Assembly: GCA_030390025.1 (NCBI GenBank)
Contig: CM059433.1
Span: forward strand, 10,046,001-10,110,000
DNA from: Squalus acanthias
Lineage: Eukaryota
Reading direction: 5' to 3'
Length of the DNA: 64,000 bases
This document shows, in pieces, positions 49,371 through 60,846 of the stretch (position 1 is the first letter of the stretch; every line of letters begins with the position of its first letter). The notes beneath the pieces were generated by a model. The model did no database searches and was not told the origin of the DNA. It saw nothing but the letters and a program-made list of their open reading frames with translations. A program made the translations under genes and the position numbers.

Positions 49371-50264
49371 GGGGGAAAAATTCAGTCACGCCCCGTTTGG
49401 GGCGCAAATATCGTCCGGGCGCAAAGATTAGCGCCTGGCGCTAATTATCGCCACTGACTGGAAACTTGACTTTTATCGCCCCGGGAGGTGATTGGAGCGC
49501 TAAATCAGGCGCTTCACACCTGTCTTAAGGCGCAAAGGCCGAGAAGTGAGGCGCTAACTCAGAGCGCTGGCGAAGCTCATGTAATGTCAGTCAGCAATGG
49601 AACACAAACACAATGGCACGGGCCAGTTCTTAAAGGGGATGGTTGATCTTGCTTTCCATCCACATCCTGCTCATTGCAGCCTTGAATCTCGGCCTGGAGA
49701 GACCTGCACATCAAATCTGCTGGAAAGAACAATGGAGAGTACCAGGCAAAGAGCTCAGAGTGCAGCCCCCACAGTCTCTTCTAAATCGATACAAGGAATG
49801 GCAAATCAAAATGAACCTGCAAAGTGCTGCTCAGTACCCAAAACTCCTTCACACAACGTTGAATCTCTCCAGAAGTCTCTCTCACTCTCTCTCAGAATGC
49901 GTAGTTCAAAAATGGCACCAACAATAAAAGGCAGGAAGCGGTCACCTTTAAATAGCGCTCCCCCTTTCCCTTCATGACAGAAGAACGCTCCTATCAACCT
50001 GTCGTTGCTAGCGTCAGGCGGTAAGGCAGGGGGCGCCACTCAATATCCGCTCCGGGGCGATACCGGGGCGTTGCACACTCGTCTAACGTCACAATCTGCC
50101 GGCGCAGGAGATCATGGCGGTAGTGTTTAGCGCCGCCGCAAAATGTCTAGTTAATTTCGCGAGCGGCGCAAACTTCGCCGTGCCCGGGCGCTAGCTGCTT
50201 TGCGCCCCATTAGCGCCCTCTTAAGGCGCTAATGGGAGGCACAACCAACTGAATTTTTCCCCCC
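49371..50264. mobile_element. Harbinger-type MITE with longer internal region
   Basis: TIR gggggaaaaattcagt/actgaatttttccccc; TSD TAG (49368-49370, 50265-50267). Confidence 0.88.
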
Positions 50265-50294
50265 TAGGAGTCATAACGTCAGGAGTAACTATAT

Positions 50295-50485
50295 CAACAA
50301 CAACTTACATTTATATAGCGTCCTTAACGTAGTAAACATCCAAGGCACTTCACAGGAGCGTTATCGAACAAAATTTGGCACCAAGCCACTTAAAGAGACA
50401 TTAGGACAGGTGACCACAAAACTTGGTCAAAGAAGTCGTTTTTAAGGAGCGCCTTAAAGGTAGAGAGGTGGAGAGGTTTAGGGAT
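50295..50485 (-). mobile_element. L2 3' tail
   Basis: caacaacaacttacatttatatagcg...ggtcaaagaag. Confidence 0.8.
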
Positions 50486-50489
50486 CCGG

Positions 50490-50660
50490 AGCAGAAAAGC
50501 CGGCTACTTTTTCACTCGAAGAGCTGAGGCCAATTATAGAATTCTTACTGCCACTCCGGCTAAGATTATCCAACTCAGCACAGACCAGGTATTGAACCTG
50601 GGGGTTTATGACTCAGTTCTCAGTACCACACTAGACGGTGCAATGACTAGCTGAGACATC
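50490..50660 (-). mobile_element. AmnSINE2-like 5' fragment
   Basis: ctgaggccaatt...aactcagcacagaccagg...tcagtaccacac. Confidence 0.6.
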
Positions 50661-50714
50661 TGAGAAACATCCTTTCCCAAAAAACGAGAGCAGAATAAAT
50701 GCAACACACTTTCA

Positions 50715-50722
50715 GTGTCAGC

Positions 50723-50765
<43 letters not shown>

Positions 50766-51178
50766 GTGGGTTCAAGTCCCACTTCAGGGACTTGAGCACA
50801 TCAAGCTAGGCTGACACTCCCAGTGCAGTGCTGCGGGAGTGCTGCATTGTCGGAGGTGCCGTCTTTCGGATGAGACGTTAAACCGAGGCCCCGTCTGCTC
50901 TCTCAGGTGGACATAAAAGAGCCCATGGCACTATTTCGAAGAAGAGCAGCGGAGTTATCCCCGGTGTCCTGGCCAATATTTATCCCTCAATCAACAGAAT
51001 AAAATTATCTGGTCATTATCACATTGCTGTTTGTGGGAGCTTGCTGTGTGCAAATTGGCTGCCGCGCTTCCTACATTACAACAGTGACTACACTTCAAAA
51101 TTACTTAATCGGCTGTAAAGCGCTTTGAGACGTCTGGTGGTCATGAAAGGCGCTATATAAATGCCAGTCTTCCTTTCT
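50715..51178 (+). mobile_element. DeuSINE, full length
   Basis: Same family as 2423-2880. Confidence 0.9.
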
Positions 51179-51239
51179 TAATTCAAGAATGTTAGACTGT
51201 CTAATGAGGGCTCTTCACCCTGAATCTGCTTCACACAAC

Positions 51240-51414
51240 GAGGGTCATTTTTAACTGTTGTTGCTGGGCGGAAAACGGGTGATAGTGAATTGGCCGCCCG
51301 CTTTACAACTCGGCCGATTGTCTTTTATATTGACTATGGAAAAGGTAATGCGGGCAGAGTGCAAAACGGCTGCCGATTCGCTATCGCCTGGCAACAAAAG
51401 TTAAAATGACCCCC
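51240..51414. mobile_element. ~175-bp palindromic MITE
   Basis: gggtcatttttaact...gttgc / gcaac...agttaaaatgaccc arms; flanks aac/aat. Confidence 0.75.
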
Positions 51415-52026
51415 AATGAGTTTTCCTGTAACTCTGCTTGCATGCTAACCGCGATGTACTGATGTGCAGGACATTAACATTTTCGAAAAACTATACTGCA
51501 CTTCTAAGCTTATACTGCCAAGTAATGACTGCAATCCCACACCGCATCAGTTTACTCCTCTGTCTTAAGTATAGCTCATGTCTGCTTCCTTGTGTTTCGC
51601 ATCACATACCCTGACTCTTCATTCACTCGGCTGTCTGCGGACTCGGTAATACAGCAGGCACTGGTGTATTTTTGAAACCCGAGACAGTTCCTCCAATTTA
51701 CTCCTTCAGTCAGGGAGCTGAGGTATTGCTGGATTTCTTAAAGTTCAGCTCTCACTTGGCGCTGACCTCAGATACTGATGTATTTCACAAATAGCATATT
51801 GCACCTGACATTAATCCTCAGCCATCAATCCCCAGAGCTAAGAGCGTGATCTATCTGGCGCTGTATAATATGGAATGGCTGTGTTATTTCCTGGTAGGCA
51901 CTGAACAGAATTCTCAGGTGATCGGATCGTAATCATCAATCCGTCTGTAAACATGCCATCGTACATCAGCTACTGGCTGTCAGTGAGTCACTGTGATGTT
52001 CACCAACAGCAGAAAAATAAGAGATT

Positions 52027-52270
52027 GGAGGTGATTTTAACCCTACTCTCAGCAGAGACCTGACGGGTGGCCAGTTAAAATCGCCCCTGGCTCTTACCTG
52101 TCTGAAAGCCGCCATGATCGCAACACCTGCAATTTTAACCTGCTCTCCTAAGCAGGCAGCAAGGATAGCCGCCCGGAGCCAACAGGGTCCTTCTTTAAAC
52201 ATGTATGTTACGGCCCGATGACATCATTGAGACTGGACTGTAATTTTAACTCAGGCCTGAGCGGGGAATC
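52027..52270. mobile_element. MITE fragment, same family as 58235-58522
   Basis: Colinear match (gttaaaatcgcccctggctcttacctgtc...ctcaggcctgagcggggaatcc). Confidence 0.8.
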
Positions 52271-52335
52271 CCGATATATATATAAATACTTAAAAAAGCT
52301 AATGACTGGGAGTGATTTCATCAGTCGTTCATTAT

Positions 52336-52487
52336 ATTCATTTTTGAATATTAAGGGAATCAAGGGATATGGGGATAGTTCAGGAAGGTGGAGTTGAGGT
52401 AGAAGATCAGCTATGATCCTATTGAATGGCGGAGCAGGCTCGAAGGGCCAAATGGCCTACTCCTGCTCCTATTTCTTATGTTCTTAT
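52336..52487 (+). mobile_element. CR1 3' tail
   Basis: gaatggcggagcaggctcgaagggcc...cctactcctgctcctatttcttatgttctta. Confidence 0.85.
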
Positions 52488-52782
52488 AACCTCTCAGGAT
52501 ATGCAGTTCACGGTGTCATCTGAATCTGTGAAAGTGATTATTATAATCCATATTAAGTTGCCTTATAATCCAGGTACCTGCTATTCAGTATATGATTATA
52601 CTAATCAAGAACTGAAACTGTTCACATTCACACTCGGATTTTGTGGCTTCCTGCTACTGTCGCTGTCATTTTATCAGCCATTGTCTCTGAATGCTCGTGT
52701 CTGACTGGTACGATCAGAAAACTTACAACAAACATATGTGCACAATACACTGAAAACAGGGCAAGAGGCAGGAGCTGACAAT

Positions 52783-53119
52783 TTTTGTCATCACTGGCAA
52801 GGCTAGCATTTATTGTCCATCCCTAATTGCCCTTGAGTGGCTTGCTGGGCCATTTCAGAGAGCAGTTAAGAGTCAACCACATTGCTGTGGGTCTGGAGTC
52901 ATGTATAAACCAGATAAGGACAGCATATTAGTGAACCAGCTGGGTTTTTATGACAATCTGGTAGTTTCATGGTCACCATTACTGATACTAGCTCTTTATT
53001 CCAGATTTATTTAAATTTAAATTCCCCATTTGGTGGGATTTGAACTCAACTCTCCAGATCATTAGTTCAGGATTACTGGATTACTAGCCCAGTAACATTA
53101 TCACTATGCTACCGTCCCC
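52783..53119 (-). mobile_element. tRNA-derived SINE sharing the 3' tail of the second CR1-group family
   Basis: tRNA-like head (ggtagcatagtg...gagttcaaatcccacc on -), body shared with 61350-61663, tail gcatttattgtccatccctaattgcccttgag. Confidence 0.8.
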
Positions 53120-54039
53120 TTAAGGTTCCATAACGGTAGCATAATTAAAAGTACCATCTGATAATATGAACAAATAGCTGCTAAAAGAGCTGGCATATCA
53201 AAATAAAGAGCATATACATGAAGGGACAATAAATGATAGGGTTTCATCCAATATGAGGAACATTCAAACCCAGCTTCTAATTAAGGTGCCGAAAATGACA
53301 TGGGTGACTTTTTACAGAGGCAACTGCACCTTTACAGTAACTATGGACTGTCTGACTAGCACGTTGAAAACATTCAGAACATATAACTAAACGCGGGACC
53401 TTTGTTTTGAAAAAGAATTGACTGTAAAAATGTGATATCCGACGAGAAAGATTTATCGAACAGAAAGCATTGGCAGGGCTGACTGTTTAGATGGGGATTC
53501 AGATCGATTCAGACTACCGGAAATTCAGGTGGTTGAATGAGAAAAGAAATGACCACCAGAGGGTCTATGGAGACTTTGAAAACTTCCCCAGAACAGTTAA
53601 AGTAATGGATACCTTGTACAAATACTGCCCTCCCTCCCCTCCAGACAACTAGGGAAATTGATGCCCCGAACACACAGAGCTACCAGACCGTAACAGAAAC
53701 AAAGGACTCAGGTAACTTGCTCCTGAGACTGCAGTGGAAACAAGCAATCTCCAGAATAGGACTCCCTAGACGGAAAGATCCATGAGATAGCTAGGAATGG
53801 GGCACCTTGCATGGACAGCACCAACCCCAGACTTCCAGGAAAACAAACAGAGATCCCACAAGGCAGTCAGGGTAATAATAAATGTTCCAGACACAGAAGC
53901 AATAGAACTCCACAAAAATCAAACAGGATAGATTGGATGGATGCACACAAATGAGGAAAAATGAACATAAAATGACAAAAAAGGATACGTTTGTCTTTCC
54001 TTTTTATGCCTATAACTTTGGATTCCGATCTTACTAAGG

Positions 54040-54430
54040 AGTCGAAGAGCAGAGGGACTTAGGGGTTCAGATTTAAACCGTTAAAAGTGGGAGGATAAGT
54101 TGTTAAAGCTGTCAAAGAAAAGCACATGAGATCCTTAATTTCATAAATAGAGGCATAGAGTACAAAAGCAAAGCGGTAATGGTATACCCATGCAAATCAT
54201 TGGATAGGCTGCAGTTAGAAAATTGTGTCCAGTTTCTAGGCTTCCTGCTTTCGGAAGGATCTCAAGATTATGGAGAGAGTACAGAAGAGATTTACTAAGA
54301 TGATACCTGGGATGAGGGGCTTTAGTTTTGAAGAGGAACTGTTCTTTTCACAACAACAGAGAAGATTAAGGGAAGGTCTAATAGAGGTGTTCACAATTAA
54401 GGGTTTTGATAAGATAAATAAGGAAACAAT
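54040..54430 (+). mobile_element. Old CR1 ORF2 remnant
   Basis: MERVQKRFTKMIPGMRGFSFEE (ORF 54270-54473). Confidence 0.85.
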
Positions 54431-54495
54431 AGCCTGGCCTTTCCTCTGCATTTGCGCCCAGATATGCATGTAATCTGGGAGTAAACAAAATACGT

Positions 54496-54957
54496 AACAA
54501 CAACAACTTGTATTTATATAGCGCCTTTAACGTAGTAAAACGTCCCAAGGCGCTGCACAGGAGTATTTTAAGACAAAAAATTTGACACCGAGCCACATAA
54601 GGAGAAATTAGGGCAGATGACCAAAAGCTTGGCCAAAGAGGTAGGTTTTAAGGAGGGTCTTAAAGGAGGAGAGAGAGGTAGCGAGGCAGAGAGCTTTAGG
54701 CTGGGAATTCCAGAGCTTAGGGCCCAGGCAACTGAAGGCACGGCCACCAATGGTTGAGCGATTATAATCAGGGATGCTCAAGAGGGCAGAATTAGAGGAG
54801 CGCAGATATCTCAGGGGGTTGTGGGGCTGAAGGAGATTACAGAGAGTGGAAGGGGCGAGGCCATGGAGGGATTTGAAAACAAGGATGAGAATTTTGAAAT
54901 CGAGGCGTTGCTTAACCGGGAGCCAATGTAGGTCAGCGAGCACAGGGGGTGATGGGT
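54496..54957 (-). mobile_element. L2 3' end (young)
   Basis: LADLHWLPVKQRLDFKILILVFKSLHGLAP...FKTLLKTYLF; (TTG)n tail. Confidence 0.95.
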
Positions 54958-55456
54958 GCGATTTAAAGATTGCGGAATACGGAGCGTCAGTGAGTTACAT
55001 GCGTAACTACAATACTCCAAGGCTCCTCGATTTTTTACGTCCATCCCTCAAACCCTCCATCTGAGCAAATCTCCACCCACTAAACTGGCCATGCCCCCGA
55101 CTCTCAAAGGCGATTGTCCTCCAATTGTGCTTGTTCGGAGGGATCTCTCAACCTTGCGAACAGATTTTCAGAGGAATCAGGAAAAAAAGTCATTTTTCTG
55201 GTCTTTTAATTGCAACATTTCGAGCATTTATAAAAATAATTATCCTCACTAAGACCTGCTCTATATTTTCTGTTTCTTTTAATGCATTTTTATTGCATAA
55301 GTCACGTTAAAAATTGAAAAGCTTCCCTGATTTCAGGTTCCTACACTATTCACGTGCATGAATAATGGTTAAATGAGTTGAAAGTTAAATTTTAAGAATC
55401 ATAGAAGAAATATACTGGTGTGGGATCGGTGTTTCCATGGGTCATAATTGTTTATG

Positions 55457-55916
55457 CCATGGCTCAGTGGGTAGCACACTCGCCTCTCAGTCAGAAGGTG
55501 TGGGTTCAAGTCCCCACTCCAGAGACTTGAGCACAGAAATCTAGGCTGACACTCCAGTGCAATACTGAGGGAGTGCAGCACTGTTGGAGGTGCCGTCTTT
55601 CAGATGAGATGTTAAACCGAGGCCCCGTCTGCTCTCTCAGGTGGATGTAAAAGATCCTCTTGGCACTATTTCGAAGAAGAGCAGGGGAGTTATCCCCGAT
55701 GTCCTGGCCAATATTTATCCCTCAATCAACATTACTAAAAAATAGATAATCTGGTCATTATCACATTGCTGTTTGTGGGAGCTTGCTGTGCGCTGATTGG
55801 CTGCTGTGTTTCCTACATTACAGCAGTGACTACACTTCAAAAGTACTTCATTAGCTGTAAAGCGCTTTGGGACGTCCGGTGGTCGTGAGAGGCGCTATAT
55901 AAATGCAAGTCTTTCT
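55457..55916 (+). mobile_element. DeuSINE
   Basis: Same family. Confidence 0.9.
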
Positions 55917-56281
55917 TATGTCAATTTATGCCCATTTTAAATTCAAGCATATTCTAATGAGATTGAGAGGATTCTTGGGTGCAACTTGACATTGGCAAAA
56001 TGGCTGTGCCCTCAGCGGAAACTCCAGGCCAATATTTCCAGTGGTCAGTAAATCAGTAGCGAGAGGACATACGTTTAAGATCATCACCAAATGCAGAGGT
56101 TAGGAGAATTTATTTGAATGCAACAACAACTTGCAGTTATATAGCACATTTAACATGGTAAAACGTCTCAATGCCGATGGTTATTAGAACATTAGGAAAC
56201 AGAATCTATAATATCTTTTAAAAGGGAATTGGATAAATATTTGAAAAAAGGAAAAGAAATGGAATTTTACCTCTCTGATCT

Positions 56282-57640
56282 GTCAGCTGTGGCTCAGTGG
56301 GTAACAGTCACCTCTGAGTCAGAAGGTTGTGGATTCACAGTCCCCACTCCAGGGACTTGAGCACATAAAGCTAGGCTGACACTCCAGTGCAATGCTGGGG
56401 GAGGTGCCGTCTTTCGGATGAGACGTTAAACCGACGCCCCGTCTGCTCTCTCAGGTGGACGTAAAAGATCCCATGGCACTATTTTGAAGAAGAGCAGGGG
56501 AGTTATTCCCGGTGTCATGGCCAATATTTATCCCTCAATCAACACCACAAAAACAGATTATCTGGTCATTATCACATTGCTGTTTGTGGGAGCTTGCTGT
56601 GCGCAAATTGGCTGCCGCGTTTCCCACATTACAACAGTGACTCCACTTCAAAATTACTTCATTGGCTGTAAAGCGGTTTGAGACGTCCGGTGGTCGTGAA
56701 AGGCGCTATATAAATGCATGGATTTTGATAATCGGGGGGCGGTACTGTGTGGCGGGGGCAGGTTGGTAGAGGACCTTTGTCTTACGGATGCCTTGGACAA
56801 CGTGGACCACTTTCCATACCTCGGGAGCCTACTGTCAAGAAGGGCAGACGTCGACGACGAAGTCCAACACCGCCTTCAGTGTGCCAGTGCAGCCTTCGGT
56901 CGCTTGAGGAAGAGAGTGTTTGAAGACCAGGACCTCAAACCCGGCACTAAGCTCATGGTCTACAGAGCAGCAGTGATACCCGCCCTGCTGTATGCCTCAG
57001 AGACAAGGACCATGTACAGCAGGCACCTCAAAGCACTGGAGAGGTACCACCAACGTTGCCTCCGCAAGATCCTGCAAATCCATTGGCAGGATAGGCGCAC
57101 CAACGTCAGTGTTCTTGCTCAGGCCAACATCCCCAGCATCGAAGCTTTGACCATGCTCGACCAGCTCCGATGGGCGGGTCACATTGTCCGCATGCCCGAT
57201 ACGAGACTCCCAAAACAAGCGCTCCACTCGGAGCTCCGGCACGGCAAGAGAGCCCCAGGTGGGTAGAGGAAACGCTTCAAGGACACCCTCAAAGCCTCCT
57301 TAAAAAAGTGTAACATCCCCACCGACACCTGGGAATCCCTGGCCCAAGACCGCACAAAATGGAGGAGAAGCATCCGGGAAGGCGCCGAACACCTCGAGTC
57401 TCTTCGCCGGGAGCGAGCGGAAGCCAAGCGCAGGCAGCGCAAGGAGCGCACGTCAACCCAAGCACCCCACCACCCGCCCCTTCAACCACTGTCTGCCCCA
57501 CCTGTGACAGAGACTGTAGGTCCCACATTGGACTCATCAGTCACCTGAGAACTCATTTTTAATGTGGAAGCAAGTCATCCTCGGTTCCGAGGGACTGCCT
57601 AAGAAGATATAAATGCAAGTCTTTCTTTCTTCTTTCTTTC
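56282..57640 (+). mobile_element. DeuSINE whose tail is interrupted by RTE 56719-57606
   Basis: Tail resumes at atataaatgcaagtctttctttc (57607 onward). Confidence 0.9.
56719..57606 (+). mobile_element. RTE-clade LINE, 5'-truncated with inverted 5' segment
   Basis: LDNVDHFPYLGS...LLYASET...QLRWAGHIVRM; TSD atataaatgca (56708-56718, 57607-57617); 56719-56790 encodes IRKTKVLYQP...IIKI on -. Confidence 0.93.
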
Positions 57641-58149
57641 TCTTTGCCCAGTGGAGACCAGATGGTAGAGGAGTTAAACGATACACTTACCACTTGTTTT
57701 ACACCCCACCGCCATTTTAAAACGACTGTTTACCTGGGTGGTTGAGGTACCCGCCTTACTCAGGCAAGCAGGATAAGGGACTCTATTTCACAGAGCTGGC
57801 ACAGGCATGCTGGGCTGAATGGCTTCCTTCTGTACTGTAAAATGTATGATCCTATGATTTGGCCAGCTCCTTTTTCGAGGAGTTAATTGACATAGCAGTA
57901 GAATTGCTTTGGACGGGAGTTCATTTCACATATCTACCAACCTGAAAAATCTTCCATTCTTTGACTTTGCATGAAGTTTGTCAATTTGCTCATGACGTTT
58001 AGTTCTGTAGTCACAATTCAAATTAAATAACCCATCAAACATTGTCCATTTTCAAGATCAGAGTCATGACCATTTCAATCTTATTTTCTCCAATAAGAAT
58101 TGGCGAGTCACTCCTCATTATTTACTGCGAAGTGCATAATTCAGCAGAT

Positions 58150-58815
58150 TTTTACTTTGTGCTTTTTCCTCCTAATTTTCCTCTCTGGTGACTCACCCAT
58201 TTGGCTATTTTTCATGTGTGAGCCTAGACAGTGAGGGGGGCGATTTTAACCCGACTCGCTCAGCAGAAACCTGGCGGGTAGACTGTTAAAATCGCCCCTG
58301 GCTCTTACCTGTCCGAAAGCCGCCATGATCGCAACATCTGCAATTTTAACCTGCTCTCCTGAGCGGGCAGCAAGGACATGCGCCCGGAGCCAACGGGGTC
58401 CTTCTTTACATATGCAAGTCGTGGCCCGATGGCATCATTGAGACCCGACTGTAATTTCAACTCAGGCCTGAGCGGGGAATCCGCCTGGAGTTAAAATCGG
58501 GGGGGTGGTGGGGTGGGTGGGGTGAGTGTCAGTAGACTATCTGACCATGGGGAGATCACAGCTGATCACAGCGATGTCCTTACCCAACACACACCCCCAT
58601 TCCTGCCCCCCCTCTGACCCGGGCACCTTTCCAGAAAGAATCACTGGGCAGAGGTTGCAGTTGGAAACCCTGACTGAATCGCCTTCCTTAGACCCAGAGA
58701 CACTGAGGCCAATTGTAGTACCCAGGATTAAATCAACTAACACAGCCCAGACTGGGTGTTGAACCACTTGCTTTCCTGCTCGGCATGGGTCAGCTGTTCA
58801 TCAGCCAATGGAGAG
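58150..58815 (-). mobile_element. AmnSINE2-like SINE interrupted by a MITE
   Basis: ttcatgtgtgagcctagacagtga|...|gtgtcag...ctgaggccaattgtagta. Confidence 0.7.
58235..58522. mobile_element. Harbinger-type MITE
   Basis: ggggcgattttaac left end, gttaaaatcg near the right end followed by a G-rich tract; TGA duplicated (58232-58234, 58523-58525). Confidence 0.7.
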
Positions 58816-58833
58816 CTCATATTTTTCTTTATA

Positions 58834-59399
58834 CAGGAAACTCTTGTTTATCCGGCACCCAAATATCCGGAATTCTCGCTTAACCGGCAAAAATCATCCT
58901 CCGAAAACTCCTCTCAAATAACCGGCAATGTTGCCGAGTCGCAGTCCGAGTCTCCGCGAACGGCGAGTACTCCGAAAACTCCTCTCAAATAACCGGCAAT
59001 GTTGCCGATCCCGAGTCCGCGAACGCCGATTTAGTCAGTAGGGGTAGTTTTCAAAAGTGCCACTACTCGGCCTCCTGGAGCTGTCGGAAGTCCGAAACAC
59101 TGCAGTAGCAGGAGTTGATTCTCCCGCGCTGCCGGGAGTCTCACTTACTGTTAAGTAATTAAAGAGTTATGGATTACTCTCAACTGGCAGTACTGTACTT
59201 AATCAAGCATCTTCCACCATCCATTTAACACAACATTCTGTAGGTGAGTACCCAAATACTGTATACTGCACATTTCTTGATTTTTTTCTTTTTCTTTGTT
59301 AAAAATAGCCTCGGTAGATATAACTCTCTGTTATCCGGAACTTTCGATCAACCGGCACCACGCCGGTCCCGTCGGTGCCGGATACCAAAGAGTTTCCTG
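58834..59399. mobile_element. Tc1/mariner (pogo/Tigger-type) MITE
   Basis: 26-bp TIR caggaaactctt...tatccggcacc (3 mismatches), TA TSD, internal 39-bp direct repeat (58899-58937, 58970-59008). Confidence 0.85.
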
Positions 59400-59622
59400 T
59401 ATGTGTATTTATGAAAGTCTGTACAATAACAAAATCAAGAACAAAACAGAATTAACTGCTGTGAGGACCCAGTGATATCGGAGTTATAGCCACATATAGT
59501 AGACTTCTTGATCCCTTAAGGAATTATACTTTTTTAATGAACTGAAAGGAGCTAACCGCTGAATTTGTGAAAGGATTCACTCTGAAATAAGACTGCAATG
59601 CAAATGCTTGTTGCAATATATT

Positions 59623-60353
59623 GGCCCTGAATTTGCTGGAGTGGGGCATCTCGTGGCCTGCCTCATGAGTTGGATTCTTTTCCTCCTCCTCCTCCAGCTC
59701 AAAATTTCTTTGCCCCACAAATTGCTGGAAGTGCGAGGTCAACGGGGCATCTGGGACCTTGGTGAATGACGGGACCAACAATCTACCTCCTGAACCAATG
59801 AGATTTAAAGATAGAGAAAGTAACAGAGCAAATGATGGAGAAGGAAATAAGGGTAAATTACCGTCAAATTAGATACAGAAAGAGAAATAAAGAGAGGGAA
59901 AGAAAGATTGGATTAAGAGTGAGAGAAAAAAGAGACAGAAAGGAAAAGTAAGATTTTTTTTTAAATCTCTAGGAACAATTTACTACCTGTAGGAGTGATA
60001 CTCCACAGTTTCAACTGTTCCCTTTCTGGGCCTTGGAGTTTGAGTGGAATTGCAGAAACATAAATCTCCTCATGAAAAGGGTCCTTATGTCATTAAGTAC
60101 CAGCCCTAACTTTCTGCAGCGAGTTTATTTGTTTTAACAACGCAAGTCCAGCAATTTCTTGAAACTCAAGGGTAGGTTGACAGTGAAATCCATTTTCGTG
60201 AGTCTAACGCAAGCGATGCAAATCATCCAGCAATTTATGGCAATTCACAACTCACACTGCATCTCTTCCTTGCCACAATTTGCTGGGTTATTTACACATT
60301 AATAACAGCGTGTGCATTTAACTCGCCATTATGTTCCCAGCAAATTCTGGGTC
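59623..60353. mobile_element. Old Harbinger-type MITE
   Basis: TIR ggccctgaatttgctgg/ccagcaaattctgggtc; flanks att/aat. Confidence 0.7.
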
Positions 60354-60766
60354 AATAAGCTTATTACGTTGACATTTTTCCAGGTGAGTTATGCTTTCTA
60401 GCCAATTCCCTCATCACTTGCAGCTATTGTTTCTCCCATTTTAATGGTAATTATCAATCTGCTCCTATTCAGCGCAAAGGTCCACATGATATGCACACCT
60501 CTGCAGTAAATGTCAGATCTATCAAACACTCAGCTTTCTCCAACTGAAAGCCAAAATAGTCATGTGTGGAATCGACATACCATGAAATAGAGTTAGATCA
60601 AAGACCTGCTGTGAAAACCAGTAGACTGTCACTCATAATAAAGTTCATTCTTACATGTCAAGATTGTTTATGTTATTCTCAGCAGAAACTGATACAGAGA
60701 GACATTTAATATATTCTGCAAAACTAGAACAGGAGTTGTCTTAATATCTTTTAAGAAAAGGACATT

Positions 60767-60846
60767 GGGCAAAGATTTCCTCTGTGTGCTATGTGTAACG
60801 AAATTGTAAACACCTTACGTGTAGCGCACAGAGAAAATCTTCACCC
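60767..60846. repeat. 80-bp hairpin (mini-MITE or pre-miRNA-like)
   Basis: 32-nt arms gggcaaagatttcctctgtgtgctatgtgtaa / ttacgtgtagcgcacagagaaaatcttcaccc with a 16-nt loop. Confidence 0.75.

Noticed and set aside
53380..53990. Possible ancient L1/Tx1 remnant (also ~37000-37320)
   Set aside because: Purine-rich and suggestive, but no motif I can support without a profile search.
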